Shown here: piece by piece, positions 1 through 8,016 of the stretch
How positions within the stretch are numbered: position 1 is the stretch's first letter
Layout of the letters: each line of letters starts with the position of its first letter
NCBI GenBank assembly: GCA_902373375.1
Contig: CABKMA010000001.1
Coordinates: 862 to 64,861 of the forward strand
Length of the DNA: 64,000 nt
Direction: 5' to 3'
Origin: an uncultured Atopobium sp.
GTDB taxonomy: Bacteria > Actinomycetota > Coriobacteriia > Coriobacteriales > Atopobiaceae
The notes under the pieces: model-generated
Databases searched by the model: none
What the model saw: the letters and a program-made list of their open reading frames with translations, nothing else
What the model was told of the DNA's origin: nothing
Program-made: the position numbers and the translations under genes

Positions 1-596
1 CGCTGTACCAAAGCACCAATGATAAACATACCAAGAATAGAAGCGCCCTCGGTAATCTTGCCCAGCATGCCACCAGAAAGATCGGAAGAAATTGAAGCGC
101 CTGCCTTGTAGCCAAATTCTTGGGTGTACCACAGGAAGATAAGGCGGATAACGTTCCACAGAACAAAGAAGAGAATTGGGCCAAGTGCAGAGCCGCCAAG
201 AGCAATAGATGCGCCAAGTGCTCCAAGAATTGGACGGACAGTAAACCAGAAGACTGGATCACCAACACCGGCCAGAGGACCCATCATACCTACCTTGACG
301 CCCTGAATTGCAACGTCATCAATAGGCTCGCCATTAGCACGTCCTTCTTCCAGTGCAAGGGTAACACCCATGACTGGTGCAGAAACATAAGGGTGAGTGT
401 TATAGAACTCAAGATGGCGCTTAAGAGCGGCTATCTGATCCTCTTTGTTTGAATAAAGCTTTTTGATGGCTGGAATCATTGAGAATGCCCAGCCACCGTT
501 CTGCATACGCTCGTAGTTCCAAGAACCCTGAAGGAACTGATGACGAAGGGCAACAGACATACGGTCTTTCTTAGAAAGCTGAATCTTATTCTCCAT
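1..596 (-). CDS. manZ: PTS mannose/fructose/sorbose IID subunit (3' end runs off window)
   Basis: Reverse translation from ATG at 596 gives MENKIQLSKKDR...QGSWNYERMQNGGW, the IID signature; lies downstream of IIC. Confidence 0.9.
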   Translation of the reverse strand, partial: MENKIQLSKKDRMSVALRHQFLQGSWNYERMQNGGWAFSMIPAIKKLYSNKEDQIAALKRHLEFYNTHPYVSAPVMGVTLALEEGRANGEPIDDVAIQGVKVGMMGPLAGVGDPVFWFTVRPILGALGASIALGGSALGPILFFVLWNVIRLIFLWYTQEFGYKAGASISSDLSGGMLGKITEGASILGMFIIGALVQ

Positions 597-617
597 TAGT
601 TTCACACTCCTTCAGAA

Positions 618-1433
618 TTAGTAGTTATCGATAATATCGCCGAGTGGATCGCCAGATCCACCACCTGTGCCGCCACCCTGCTTAGCAAGGTCTTTAAGAC
701 CCAGATAGATAATTGCAAGGCAAACACCAATAACACCAAGAGCAATAAGGGTGAGCTGATTAATGGCTGCAAAAACAAAACCGAGTGCAAAGAATGGCCA
801 AACCTCACGAGTAGCCATCATATTGATAACCATTGCATAACCAACAGCAGCAACCATACCGCCGCCAACTGCCATGCCACCAGTGAGCCACTTAGGCATT
901 GCATTTAGGGCTTCAGTAACAATAGCTGGGTCAATGAAGCAAAGAGCGGCTGCAGGAACAGCAATACGTGCACCCTGCATAAAAATGGCTACGATGTGCC
1001 AGCGCTCGATTGCAGCAAAATCGCCCTTCTCGGCAGCTGCATCCATTGCGTGGACAATACCAGTTGCAATAGTACGAGCAACCATGGTGAGGAACAAACC
1101 TGCTACGGACAGAGGAATTGCGAGTGCAATAGACGTGTTAATAGCAGCAGTAGTATCAGTATCTCCACCATTAAGTGCCAAAACCATGATAATTGCAGAT
1201 GCAACAGATGCTAAAGCTGCATCTGGTGCAACCGCAGCACCGATGTTTGCCCAACCAAGAGCAATCATCTGTAGAGAGCCACCAAGAATAATTCCCTCGG
1301 CAGGGTGACCAGTCACAAGGCCAATCAATGAACAAGCAACCAAGGGCTGGTGGAACTCCCACTGGTCAAGAATACCTTCCATACCAGCAAGAAGGGCAAC
1401 AATTACGACAAGCAGTATTGTGATAGGTGTCAT
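618..1433 (-). CDS. manY: PTS mannose-family IIC subunit
   Basis: GILDQWEFHQPLVAC...GWANIGAAVAPD motif, hydrophobic, operon context. Confidence 0.92.
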   Translation of the reverse strand: MTPITILLVVIVALLAGMEGILDQWEFHQPLVACSLIGLVTGHPAEGIILGGSLQMIALGWANIGAAVAPDAALASVASAIIMVLALNGGDTDTTAAINTSIALAIPLSVAGLFLTMVARTIATGIVHAMDAAAEKGDFAAIERWHIVAIFMQGARIAVPAAALCFIDPAIVTEALNAMPKWLTGGMAVGGGMVAAVGYAMVINMMATREVWPFFALGFVFAAINQLTLIALGVIGVCLAIIYLGLKDLAKQGGGTGGGSGDPLGDIIDNY

Positions 1434-1449
1434 TTCTACCTCCTTCTAG

Positions 1450-2448
1450 TTACTTACGGACATCAAGCTCGGACTTAGCTTTTTTAAGCATTGCATCAAA
1501 GTTCTCTGCATTGTCTGCAGGAACTTTACGAACATCAAACTCTGTACCACACTCACGGATAGCCTCAAGAGTTTTTACGTCGTCTTCATCCATTGCTACT
1601 GCATTGGTAACGACAACTTTACCAACAGAGTGAGCTATAGAACCAAGATTAGCTTTTTTGATTTCTACCCCACCTTCAATGGCGCGAAGCATATCCTGAG
1701 GAGTCTCAAACAGAAGCATTGCCTTAGTATTACCAAAACGGGTGTCATGAGCAATCTCAATAATTTTTTTAATAGGAACAACGTGGACATGTACTCCAGG
1801 AGGAGCTGCCTGAACAATCATGGTCTTACGGAGTTCATCTTGAGCTACGCCATCAGAGCAGACAATAATGCGATCTGGCTTGGTTGTCTTTGTCCAAGTA
1901 GTTGCAACCTGACCGTGCAAAAGACGAGTGTCAATACGTGCAAGAACAATCTTAAGTTTGCCGTCGCCAATAACGGTACCTGCAGGAATTGCCCCTTGAG
2001 GTGCTGCAGTAGTAGAAACATCAGTAGGAGTTGCCTCTTGTGGCTCAAGCTCTTCTGGCTTAATCTTTACGCCCATACGAGCTTCAGAGAAAATCTCTTT
2101 TGCTACCTCAGATGCCAAATCTACGCCAAGACGAGAGCCATATGCTGCGATAAGCATTGGGAGGTTAAGGCCAGTAACGGCAACCCAATCCTCTTTACCT
2201 TCTTCCTCAAGAACACGAGAAATCTGGTTAAAGGGGGTGCCACCCCATAGGTCAACCAAAAACAGGACGTGCTCTTGATCTTGAAGCGTAGCAATTGCGT
2301 CAAGAATCTTCTGATGCAAGTCATCTGGACCCATATCAGGAGTAAGCGTTACGGCTACAACGCCTTCCTGTGGTCCAAAAATCATGCTGCCAGAATCTTT
2401 AATGCCCTCGGCAAATTTACCATGGCTGGCTAAAACGATACTAACCAC
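1450..2448 (-). CDS. manX: PTS mannose-family IIAB subunit
   Basis: IIA ASHG and DLWGGTPFN; IIB RIDTRLLHGQV. Confidence 0.93.
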   Translation of the reverse strand: MVSIVLASHGKFAEGIKDSGSMIFGPQEGVVAVTLTPDMGPDDLHQKILDAIATLQDQEHVLFLVDLWGGTPFNQISRVLEEEGKEDWVAVTGLNLPMLIAAYGSRLGVDLASEVAKEIFSEARMGVKIKPEELEPQEATPTDVSTTAAPQGAIPAGTVIGDGKLKIVLARIDTRLLHGQVATTWTKTTKPDRIIVCSDGVAQDELRKTMIVQAAPPGVHVHVVPIKKIIEIAHDTRFGNTKAMLLFETPQDMLRAIEGGVEIKKANLGSIAHSVGKVVVTNAVAMDEDDVKTLEAIRECGTEFDVRKVPADNAENFDAMLKKAKSELDVRK

Positions 2449-2647
2449 TTCTACCTCCTTCTTATCTACCTTTTAGAACAAATAAACAGTAAACATAACA
2501 ATGAAGATAACATTTACTTTTTCAAATTCTATTACATATGTCTAACAGTTGTCCCATTAACCTAAGTCTTTTTTTAAAAATTTTTGGGTTTTGCAAGCTA
2601 TTGGTTTTACAAGAAAAAACCTCATCATTCTGAGATAGAAAAGATAC

Positions 2648-2686
2648 AAAAACGGCCAGAAACTCAAAGCTTCTGGCCGTAAAAAA
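2648..2686. terminator. Intrinsic terminator after Xaa-Pro peptidase
   Basis: ACGGCCAGAA (2652-61)/TTCTGGCCGT (2671-80) stem with A-tract on the left (U-tract on minus strand). Confidence 0.75.
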
Positions 2687-2704
2687 TTTGTATATCCCAG
2701 CTAC

Positions 2705-3829
2705 TTAGCAGCCAACGGAAACAAGGTCATGTGTGGACTGAGTAAAGACATCGTAGCCGTCCTCAGTAACAACACCAAAGTCCTCAAGGCGGATACCAAA
2801 CTTACCAGGCAGGTAAATGCCAGGCTCATCAGTAACAACAGAGCCTGCTGCAATAACCTTGTTCCAACGAGGGTTGAAGAATGGGCGCTCGTGAATCTCA
2901 ACGCCAACACCATGACCAAGGCCATGACCAAAGTACTCGCCGTAACCAGCCTCAGTAATAACCTTAACAGCAAGGTTATGGATATCAGAGCCAATAACAC
3001 CTGCATGGATAGCTGCAGCACAAGTCTCATTTGCCTTGCGAACAACATCAAAGACGTGCTGCTGCTCCTCGGAAGGGGCGCCAACAACAACAGTACGGGT
3101 CATATCTGAATGGTAATCAAGATAGCCTGCGCCGTAGTCCATAACAATCATATCGCCTGTCTGAATCACTCGCTCGCCTGGCTGTGCGTGAGGATTGGCG
3201 CCGTTAGGACCAGAAGCAATGATTGAATCAAAAGACAGAGCGTCTGCGCCGTTAGAGAGCATATAATTTTCAAGCTCTGCGCGAACCTGCTGCTCAGTAA
3301 GACCTGGCTTAATGTACTCGCAAATATGAAGGAAGGCCTTATCGGTAATTGACTGAGCATGCTTCATGAGCTCAATCTCGGCAGGGTCTTTAACGATACG
3401 CAGCTCAGCAATATCGCCATGCATACGTGGAAGTAGAGCGGCAATTGAATGATCGCGCAATGCCTGCTCCAGGCCATCAAAGAATGCAAGGTCAACGGTG
3501 TCTTCAATGGCTACTACGCGAGCATGAGCCTTTGCAATATGTGCTGCCACCCACTCAGTAGGTGTAATAGCTTCCTGGTCAAACTTCCATGGGGAGTCAG
3601 CACCAAGGCGCTCCAAGAACGTATTGTAGTAACGAGAATCAGTGTGTAAGAACAGCTCATCCTGCGTGATAAAAGCAGTATGTGCCAGCTCAAAGTCAAA
3701 GGTACGCTCAGCATCAGTCAACCAACGAAGGTCTGGGTTGTGACGTAAAACAACTGCGTCGTAACCCCTCTGAGCCATTACCTCGCGAAAGCGCACAACG
3801 CGCTTTGCTGCTGCCTGTAAATCTGCCAT
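2705..3829 (-). CDS. Xaa-Pro aminopeptidase (M24 family)
   Basis: Creatinase-like N-domain, HGLGHGVGVEIHE, EPGIY...GIRLED; likely start MADLQ at 3829. Confidence 0.9.
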   Translation of the reverse strand: MADLQAAAKRVVRFREVMAQRGYDAVVLRHNPDLRWLTDAERTFDFELAHTAFITQDELFLHTDSRYYNTFLERLGADSPWKFDQEAITPTEWVAAHIAKAHARVVAIEDTVDLAFFDGLEQALRDHSIAALLPRMHGDIAELRIVKDPAEIELMKHAQSITDKAFLHICEYIKPGLTEQQVRAELENYMLSNGADALSFDSIIASGPNGANPHAQPGERVIQTGDMIVMDYGAGYLDYHSDMTRTVVVGAPSEEQQHVFDVVRKANETCAAAIHAGVIGSDIHNLAVKVITEAGYGEYFGHGLGHGVGVEIHERPFFNPRWNKVIAAGSVVTDEPGIYLPGKFGIRLEDFGVVTEDGYDVFTQSTHDLVSVGC

Positions 3830-3920
3830 TTCAAATCCCTTCTCGAGATGTTTACAACAAATAATTACACCTAGTAAAGCCACCTCACAAACGAGGTTTC
3901 TTGGTACTCGATGCGGTACT

Positions 3921-5057
3921 TTAATGCGAAGCGTGCGCCTCACACCAAGCACGGGCATGTTCGGCGAGAAGTTCCTCGTCGACTGAAGCTAATCTTACCC
4001 TTCCAATAGACATTGGAAGCGGCAACATAAAACGATTAGTAGAACGGAAACATTCTTTTTTGAGCGCCTCGATAAGCTGCTCGGCAGTGATATCACAAGA
4101 TACAAAACCAATATTCAAGCGCTCAAGAATCTCATCTTGAGCAAGCATGTCATCAAAAGAAAGCGTCTCTTTAGCTACTGCAATTCTTGCCGAAAAACGA
4201 AGCGCGTCTGCATAAAGAGCAGAAAGAGGCTGATTAGCTGGGATAAGAGAACGAAGTGCCTCTACAAAAACCCAGCCATAAGGAACGGACTGCTGAATAG
4301 CAATGGCGGAAGAATCAGAGAGACGACCACGAGTCTTGGTAGATTCAGCCAGTTGCTCGGCAACAATATCAGCAATTCCAGAGGAGAGGTTGTCTGCTCT
4401 ATCCCAAATACGACCAAACTCGGCCTCATTATCAGACATAGCAGTTGCAACCATGCACACCTGAGCCACCTTAGCGTTGTCATCGCAGAGATCCATAACC
4501 TCAAGGTCTGCAAAGCAGAAACAAGCACAAGGTTTAGTGGTAACAAGACGCTGATGCTCAGCATCTGTATCAAGCGCACGAGGAGTAATTGACGAAACAA
4601 TAACTGCTGCTAAATCTAAAGGAACAGTAGCAAGAGAAACTCCCCCACACCACTTGTTTGCTACATGGTTTGCAAGAGAAATAACTCCCGAATGACCTAC
4701 GGCAACTACCAAATCGTCAGCAGTAAGGTGCATTTCTGCCAAAGAAGACAGGATCTGTGCCTCTGTTGCCACGGTAGTTGCTGAGTTGCCATCCTCTACC
4801 TCTATGCTTGTGACGAGAAAACCAATGGTAGTGAGATCTCTGCGAAGAAGTTCAACAAGATCTTTGTCTGCCTGATTACTTGTCAGAAAAGCACAGCGAT
4901 GAGGTCTACCTACGGCAGTCCTTAGCTCAGTACCAAAGTTTGAAAGAACGCCCGCGCCAGAACGAAGAGCGATAGAGCCACCAGGAATAGAAACCCACTG
5001 TTTAATCTGAACAGGTGGCAATTCCTCTTCAAGCTCATTTTGGACATTGTCACTCAT
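3921..5057 (-). CDS. 3-dehydroquinate synthase-like protein (degenerate active-site motifs)
   Basis: Overall AroB layout (DDLVVAVG, C-terminal F(M)LP..IG), next to aroK; canonical GGG/PTT/NFGHT motifs are altered. Confidence 0.65.
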   Translation of the reverse strand: MSDNVQNELEEELPPVQIKQWVSIPGGSIALRSGAGVLSNFGTELRTAVGRPHRCAFLTSNQADKDLVELLRRDLTTIGFLVTSIEVEDGNSATTVATEAQILSSLAEMHLTADDLVVAVGHSGVISLANHVANKWCGGVSLATVPLDLAAVIVSSITPRALDTDAEHQRLVTTKPCACFCFADLEVMDLCDDNAKVAQVCMVATAMSDNEAEFGRIWDRADNLSSGIADIVAEQLAESTKTRGRLSDSSAIAIQQSVPYGWVFVEALRSLIPANQPLSALYADALRFSARIAVAKETLSFDDMLAQDEILERLNIGFVSCDITAEQLIEALKKECFRSTNRFMLPLPMSIGRVRLASVDEELLAEHARAWCEAHASH

Positions 5058-5602
5058 AGAAGACCTCTTTCCCAAAGCAGCTTACCAGAATCAATAGCTA
5101 CCTGCTCAAACGTTTTCTCACGAATATCAATAGTTATGTCAGCAGCGGCCTCATAACGTGGACGCAAGCGCCTATAGAGCTGAGTTGCGTTTTCAAAACT
5201 TCCTAAATCAGGACGTCTATCAGTACGCTGGATCTGACGAAGTGAGTCAGAAAGATCGCCGTCGAGAAACACGATGACTCCCATCTCACGCATAAGCACA
5301 AGATTGATGTCCTTCTCGACAATTCCCCCGCCGCAGCTTACAAGCAGTGACTTCTTAGACTTGAGGGTTTGCAAAACCTCAGTTTCTGCCTCTCTAAAAA
5401 GCTCCTCACCGTCATCTTCGTAGATTTCTGCCAATGATTTACCCGCTATACGTTCTGCTAGACGGTCAGTATCTACATAGCGGCGATGAAATAGCTCGCC
5501 TAAATTACGCGCAAGCGTAGACTTTCCGGCACCCAGAAAGCCTACAAAAAAGATATGATCACAGCCCTCATGTACGATGTATCTAGAATCGCGAAACTCC
5601 AT
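5054..5602 (-). CDS. aroK: Shikimate kinase
   Basis: GFLGAGKST P-loop, DTD, SCGGG, RP motifs; start MEFRD with GGAGGAG RBS. Confidence 0.88.
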   Translation of the reverse strand: MEFRDSRYIVHEGCDHIFFVGFLGAGKSTLARNLGELFHRRYVDTDRLAERIAGKSLAEIYEDDGEELFREAETEVLQTLKSKKSLLVSCGGGIVEKDINLVLMREMGVIVFLDGDLSDSLRQIQRTDRRPDLGSFENATQLYRRLRPRYEAAADITIDIREKTFEQVAIDSGKLLWERGLL

Positions 5603-5665
5603 ACTCCTCCAGCCTTTCAAGATGATTCTATCATCGAGTTGGAGCAAGTAAACTAAAGCCGTCTT

Positions 5666-6163
5666 TTATGACGTAAAAGTTACATTTTTTAAAATGCGGC
5701 GCTCTACGTGACGAATGATATTGGTGTACCAAAGGTCTTCAGTAGACTGCGGCTTTACCAAAATAGTTGAAATGCCAGCCAAATTACCTGCGATTACATC
5801 GGTAAAGATCTGATCTCCCACCATCACGGTTTGCTCTTTAGTTGCCGAGAAACGCTTCATGGCAGCAATTAATGCGCGAGGAAGCGGCTTGCATGCAAAG
5901 CCTTCTCCTTCAATTCCCAGCTCATGAGCGCTGCGCTGGACCTCATCAAAATGAATGTTGTTGGAGATAAGACAAAGCATAAGCCCAGCTGCATGAGCTT
6001 TCTCAAACCATTCAAATACCTGCGGTGGTGCCACTTTAGTATCACGAGGCACACAGGTATTATCGCGATCTAGAAGTACCAGTTTAATCCCCTGCTGAAC
6101 AAGATCTTCTACAGATATATGCTCAACAGCAGAAACGTATTGTGTTGCTTTAATCAGACTCAT
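5666..6163 (-). CDS. yqeG: YqeG-family HAD IIIA phosphatase
   Basis: LDRDNT, SNN, KP, VGDQIFTDV motifs. Confidence 0.85.
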   Translation of the reverse strand: MSLIKATQYVSAVEHISVEDLVQQGIKLVLLDRDNTCVPRDTKVAPPQVFEWFEKAHAAGLMLCLISNNIHFDEVQRSAHELGIEGEGFACKPLPRALIAAMKRFSATKEQTVMVGDQIFTDVIAGNLAGISTILVKPQSTEDLWYTNIIRHVERRILKNVTFTS

Positions 6164-6174
6164 TCCGCTACCAA

Positions 6175-7590
6175 CTACTGCTTACTAGAAGCATCATGCT
6201 CACGTGCGTTTTCAATAGCTTGTTGATGCTCGTCATACGTCTCAGAGAATACGTGCTCATCTGAGGTGATCCAGAAGTAGTAATAATTAGTTGCTGCAGG
6301 ATCCATTGCCGCCTTAATAGAGGCGTACCCCGGAGAGCAAATAGGCGTAGGGGTCAAACCCTTAAACGCATACGTATTGTACGGATCACTTGTCATTGAG
6401 CTTAGCTCTTCAGCAGTAGCTTCCCTACCCAAAGAATAAGCTAGAGTAGCATCGCTTTGCAGATACATATCATCATAGAGGCGGTTATAGAAAACAGATG
6501 CAACCTTAGGTCGATCCTCATCAGTCAGGGCTTCTCGCTCAATAATAGATGCCATGATGATGATTTGCTCGTTAGTAAGATTCAAGTTGTAACGTTTATT
6601 AAGCGTAATGCGAGCAGCGTCAAGATTAAGATCAGACGTCTCTGTTTCAAACTGATCAAGCATGGCACGGATGACGGTATCGGCCGTTACGTTACTTTCT
6701 GTAAAGGTATACGTCTTAGGGAACAAATAACCTTCAAGAGAATCGTTAGCATCTACTGCACCAGCAAGGAATGGATAATCGGCAACATAATTAGATGCTT
6801 TTGCCTGCTTTAAGAAATCATCGCGAGAAATACCAAAGTATTTTTGCACTAAATCTGCAACCTGAGAAACGGTATAACCTTCTGGCACCACAAAGCCACT
6901 ACCAGGAGCATTAGGACCAGAAATAAGAAGGTTCACTATGTCTGCTGGCTTGGCGCCAGTGGTAATAACATAAATACCACTCTTGATTTTTTGCTCAGCA
7001 TCCTGACGCTTGACCTGGTTTAAAAACTCGCTCTTTGTAGCAATAATCTTGTTCTCAAAAAGAATTTTTGCAACTGCCTGCGCACCAGCACCATCTGGAA
7101 TAGTAACAGTAACTTGCTGACCGGCAGTTATTTCTTGAGAATCAGAATTGGCACGAGTAAGTTCTGGAAGTGCTACTTTCCATACAAAAATGCCAAGAAC
7201 TGAAACCATAGCAAAAGCAATAAGCGCAGCAAAAATACGAGAGCGCTTTGAAGCCTTCTTGTCTCTATGCTTTACCTGCTTATTTTTTGCCTTGTGTGTA
7301 ACTTGAGCACTTCTCGAAGAAAGCTTTCCACCAGTAAGAGCAGGAAGCGACCCTGTAGCCTCAGTGGACGGCTGCTGAAGTGTTTCTTGCAAGTCAGCAC
7401 TATAGTGAGATGCGCCTTGTTGAGGCTGCTCCTGCTGAGTTTGCTCTTCCTGAGTTTGCTCTTCCTGAGTTTGCTCTTCCTGAGTTTGCTCCTGCTGAGT
7501 TTGCTCTTCCTGAGCCTGTCCTTCTGGTACAGGAGAAGAAAAATGTGCGCCCTGACGACGCGAAGAAGAACCGTTAGATAAGGTGGGCAT
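6175..7590 (-). CDS. mltG: Endolytic transglycosylase MltG (YceG family)
   Basis: Single TM, LEGYLFP.TY, ASIIEREA, LQSDAT, PYNTY...GL.P.PICSPG. Confidence 0.92.
   Translation of the reverse strand: MPTLSNGSSSRRQGAHFSSPVPEGQAQEEQTQQEQTQEEQTQEEQTQEEQTQQEQPQQGASHYSADLQETLQQPSTEATGSLPALTGGKLSSRSAQVTHKAKNKQVKHRDKKASKRSRIFAALIAFAMVSVLGIFVWKVALPELTRANSDSQEITAGQQVTVTIPDGAGAQAVAKILFENKIIATKSEFLNQVKRQDAEQKIKSGIYVITTGAKPADIVNLLISGPNAPGSGFVVPEGYTVSQVADLVQKYFGISRDDFLKQAKASNYVADYPFLAGAVDANDSLEGYLFPKTYTFTESNVTADTVIRAMLDQFETETSDLNLDAARITLNKRYNLNLTNEQIIIMASIIEREALTDEDRPKVASVFYNRLYDDMYLQSDATLAYSLGREATAEELSSMTSDPYNTYAFKGLTPTPICSPGYASIKAAMDPAATNYYYFWITSDEHVFSETYDEHQQAIENAREHDASSKQ
7423..7512 (-). repeat. In-frame 15-bp tandem repeat x6 encoding Q(E/Q)EQ(T/P) in the MltG N-terminus
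   Basis: Units of CTGAGTTTGCTC(TTC/CTG) seen directly. Confidence 0.9.
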
Positions 7591-8013
7591 TTAGTCTCCC
7601 TTATGTGTTTGCACGTCAAGCCATGATTGCAAAAAGAGCGATGCAGCAATCATGTCAACTTTTCCACGCATGGCTTTCTCAGACAAACCTTGCGCACGCA
7701 GAATCTTCTTGGCTTCGGCCGAAGATAATCTTTCATCAGTAAATTCTAATGGAAGTTGGCAGTTCTTCGCAATTTCCTCAGCTTGAGCAATAATTTTTTG
7801 GGCCTGCGGTCCATCCTCACCAGCAAGTGTCTTAGGACGACCGCACAAAAGAAGTTCTGGCTCCCAATCTTCAAGCACAGCTTTAAACGTACGTGCATGA
7901 GAGAGTACCTCTTGTGCGGGTAACACACAAACAGGTGACGCAATAGCACCATCGGGGTCACTTACAGCAACCCCGATGCGAACTTCACCAATATCTAAAG
8001 CTAAAACGCGCAA
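7591..8013 (-). CDS. ruvX: YqgF/RuvX pre-16S rRNA nuclease
   Basis: LALDIGEVRIGVAVSD, DERLSS, VDMIAA; conserved alaS-ruvX-mltG order. Confidence 0.9.
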   Translation of the reverse strand: MRVLALDIGEVRIGVAVSDPDGAIASPVCVLPAQEVLSHARTFKAVLEDWEPELLLCGRPKTLAGEDGPQAQKIIAQAEEIAKNCQLPLEFTDERLSSAEAKKILRAQGLSEKAMRGKVDMIAASLFLQSWLDVQTHKGD

Positions 8014-8016
8014 ACG

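Noticed and set aside
7423..7512. Possible CRISPR array
   Set aside because: Units are contiguous 15-mers without unique spacers, in frame within mltG; no cas genes in the window
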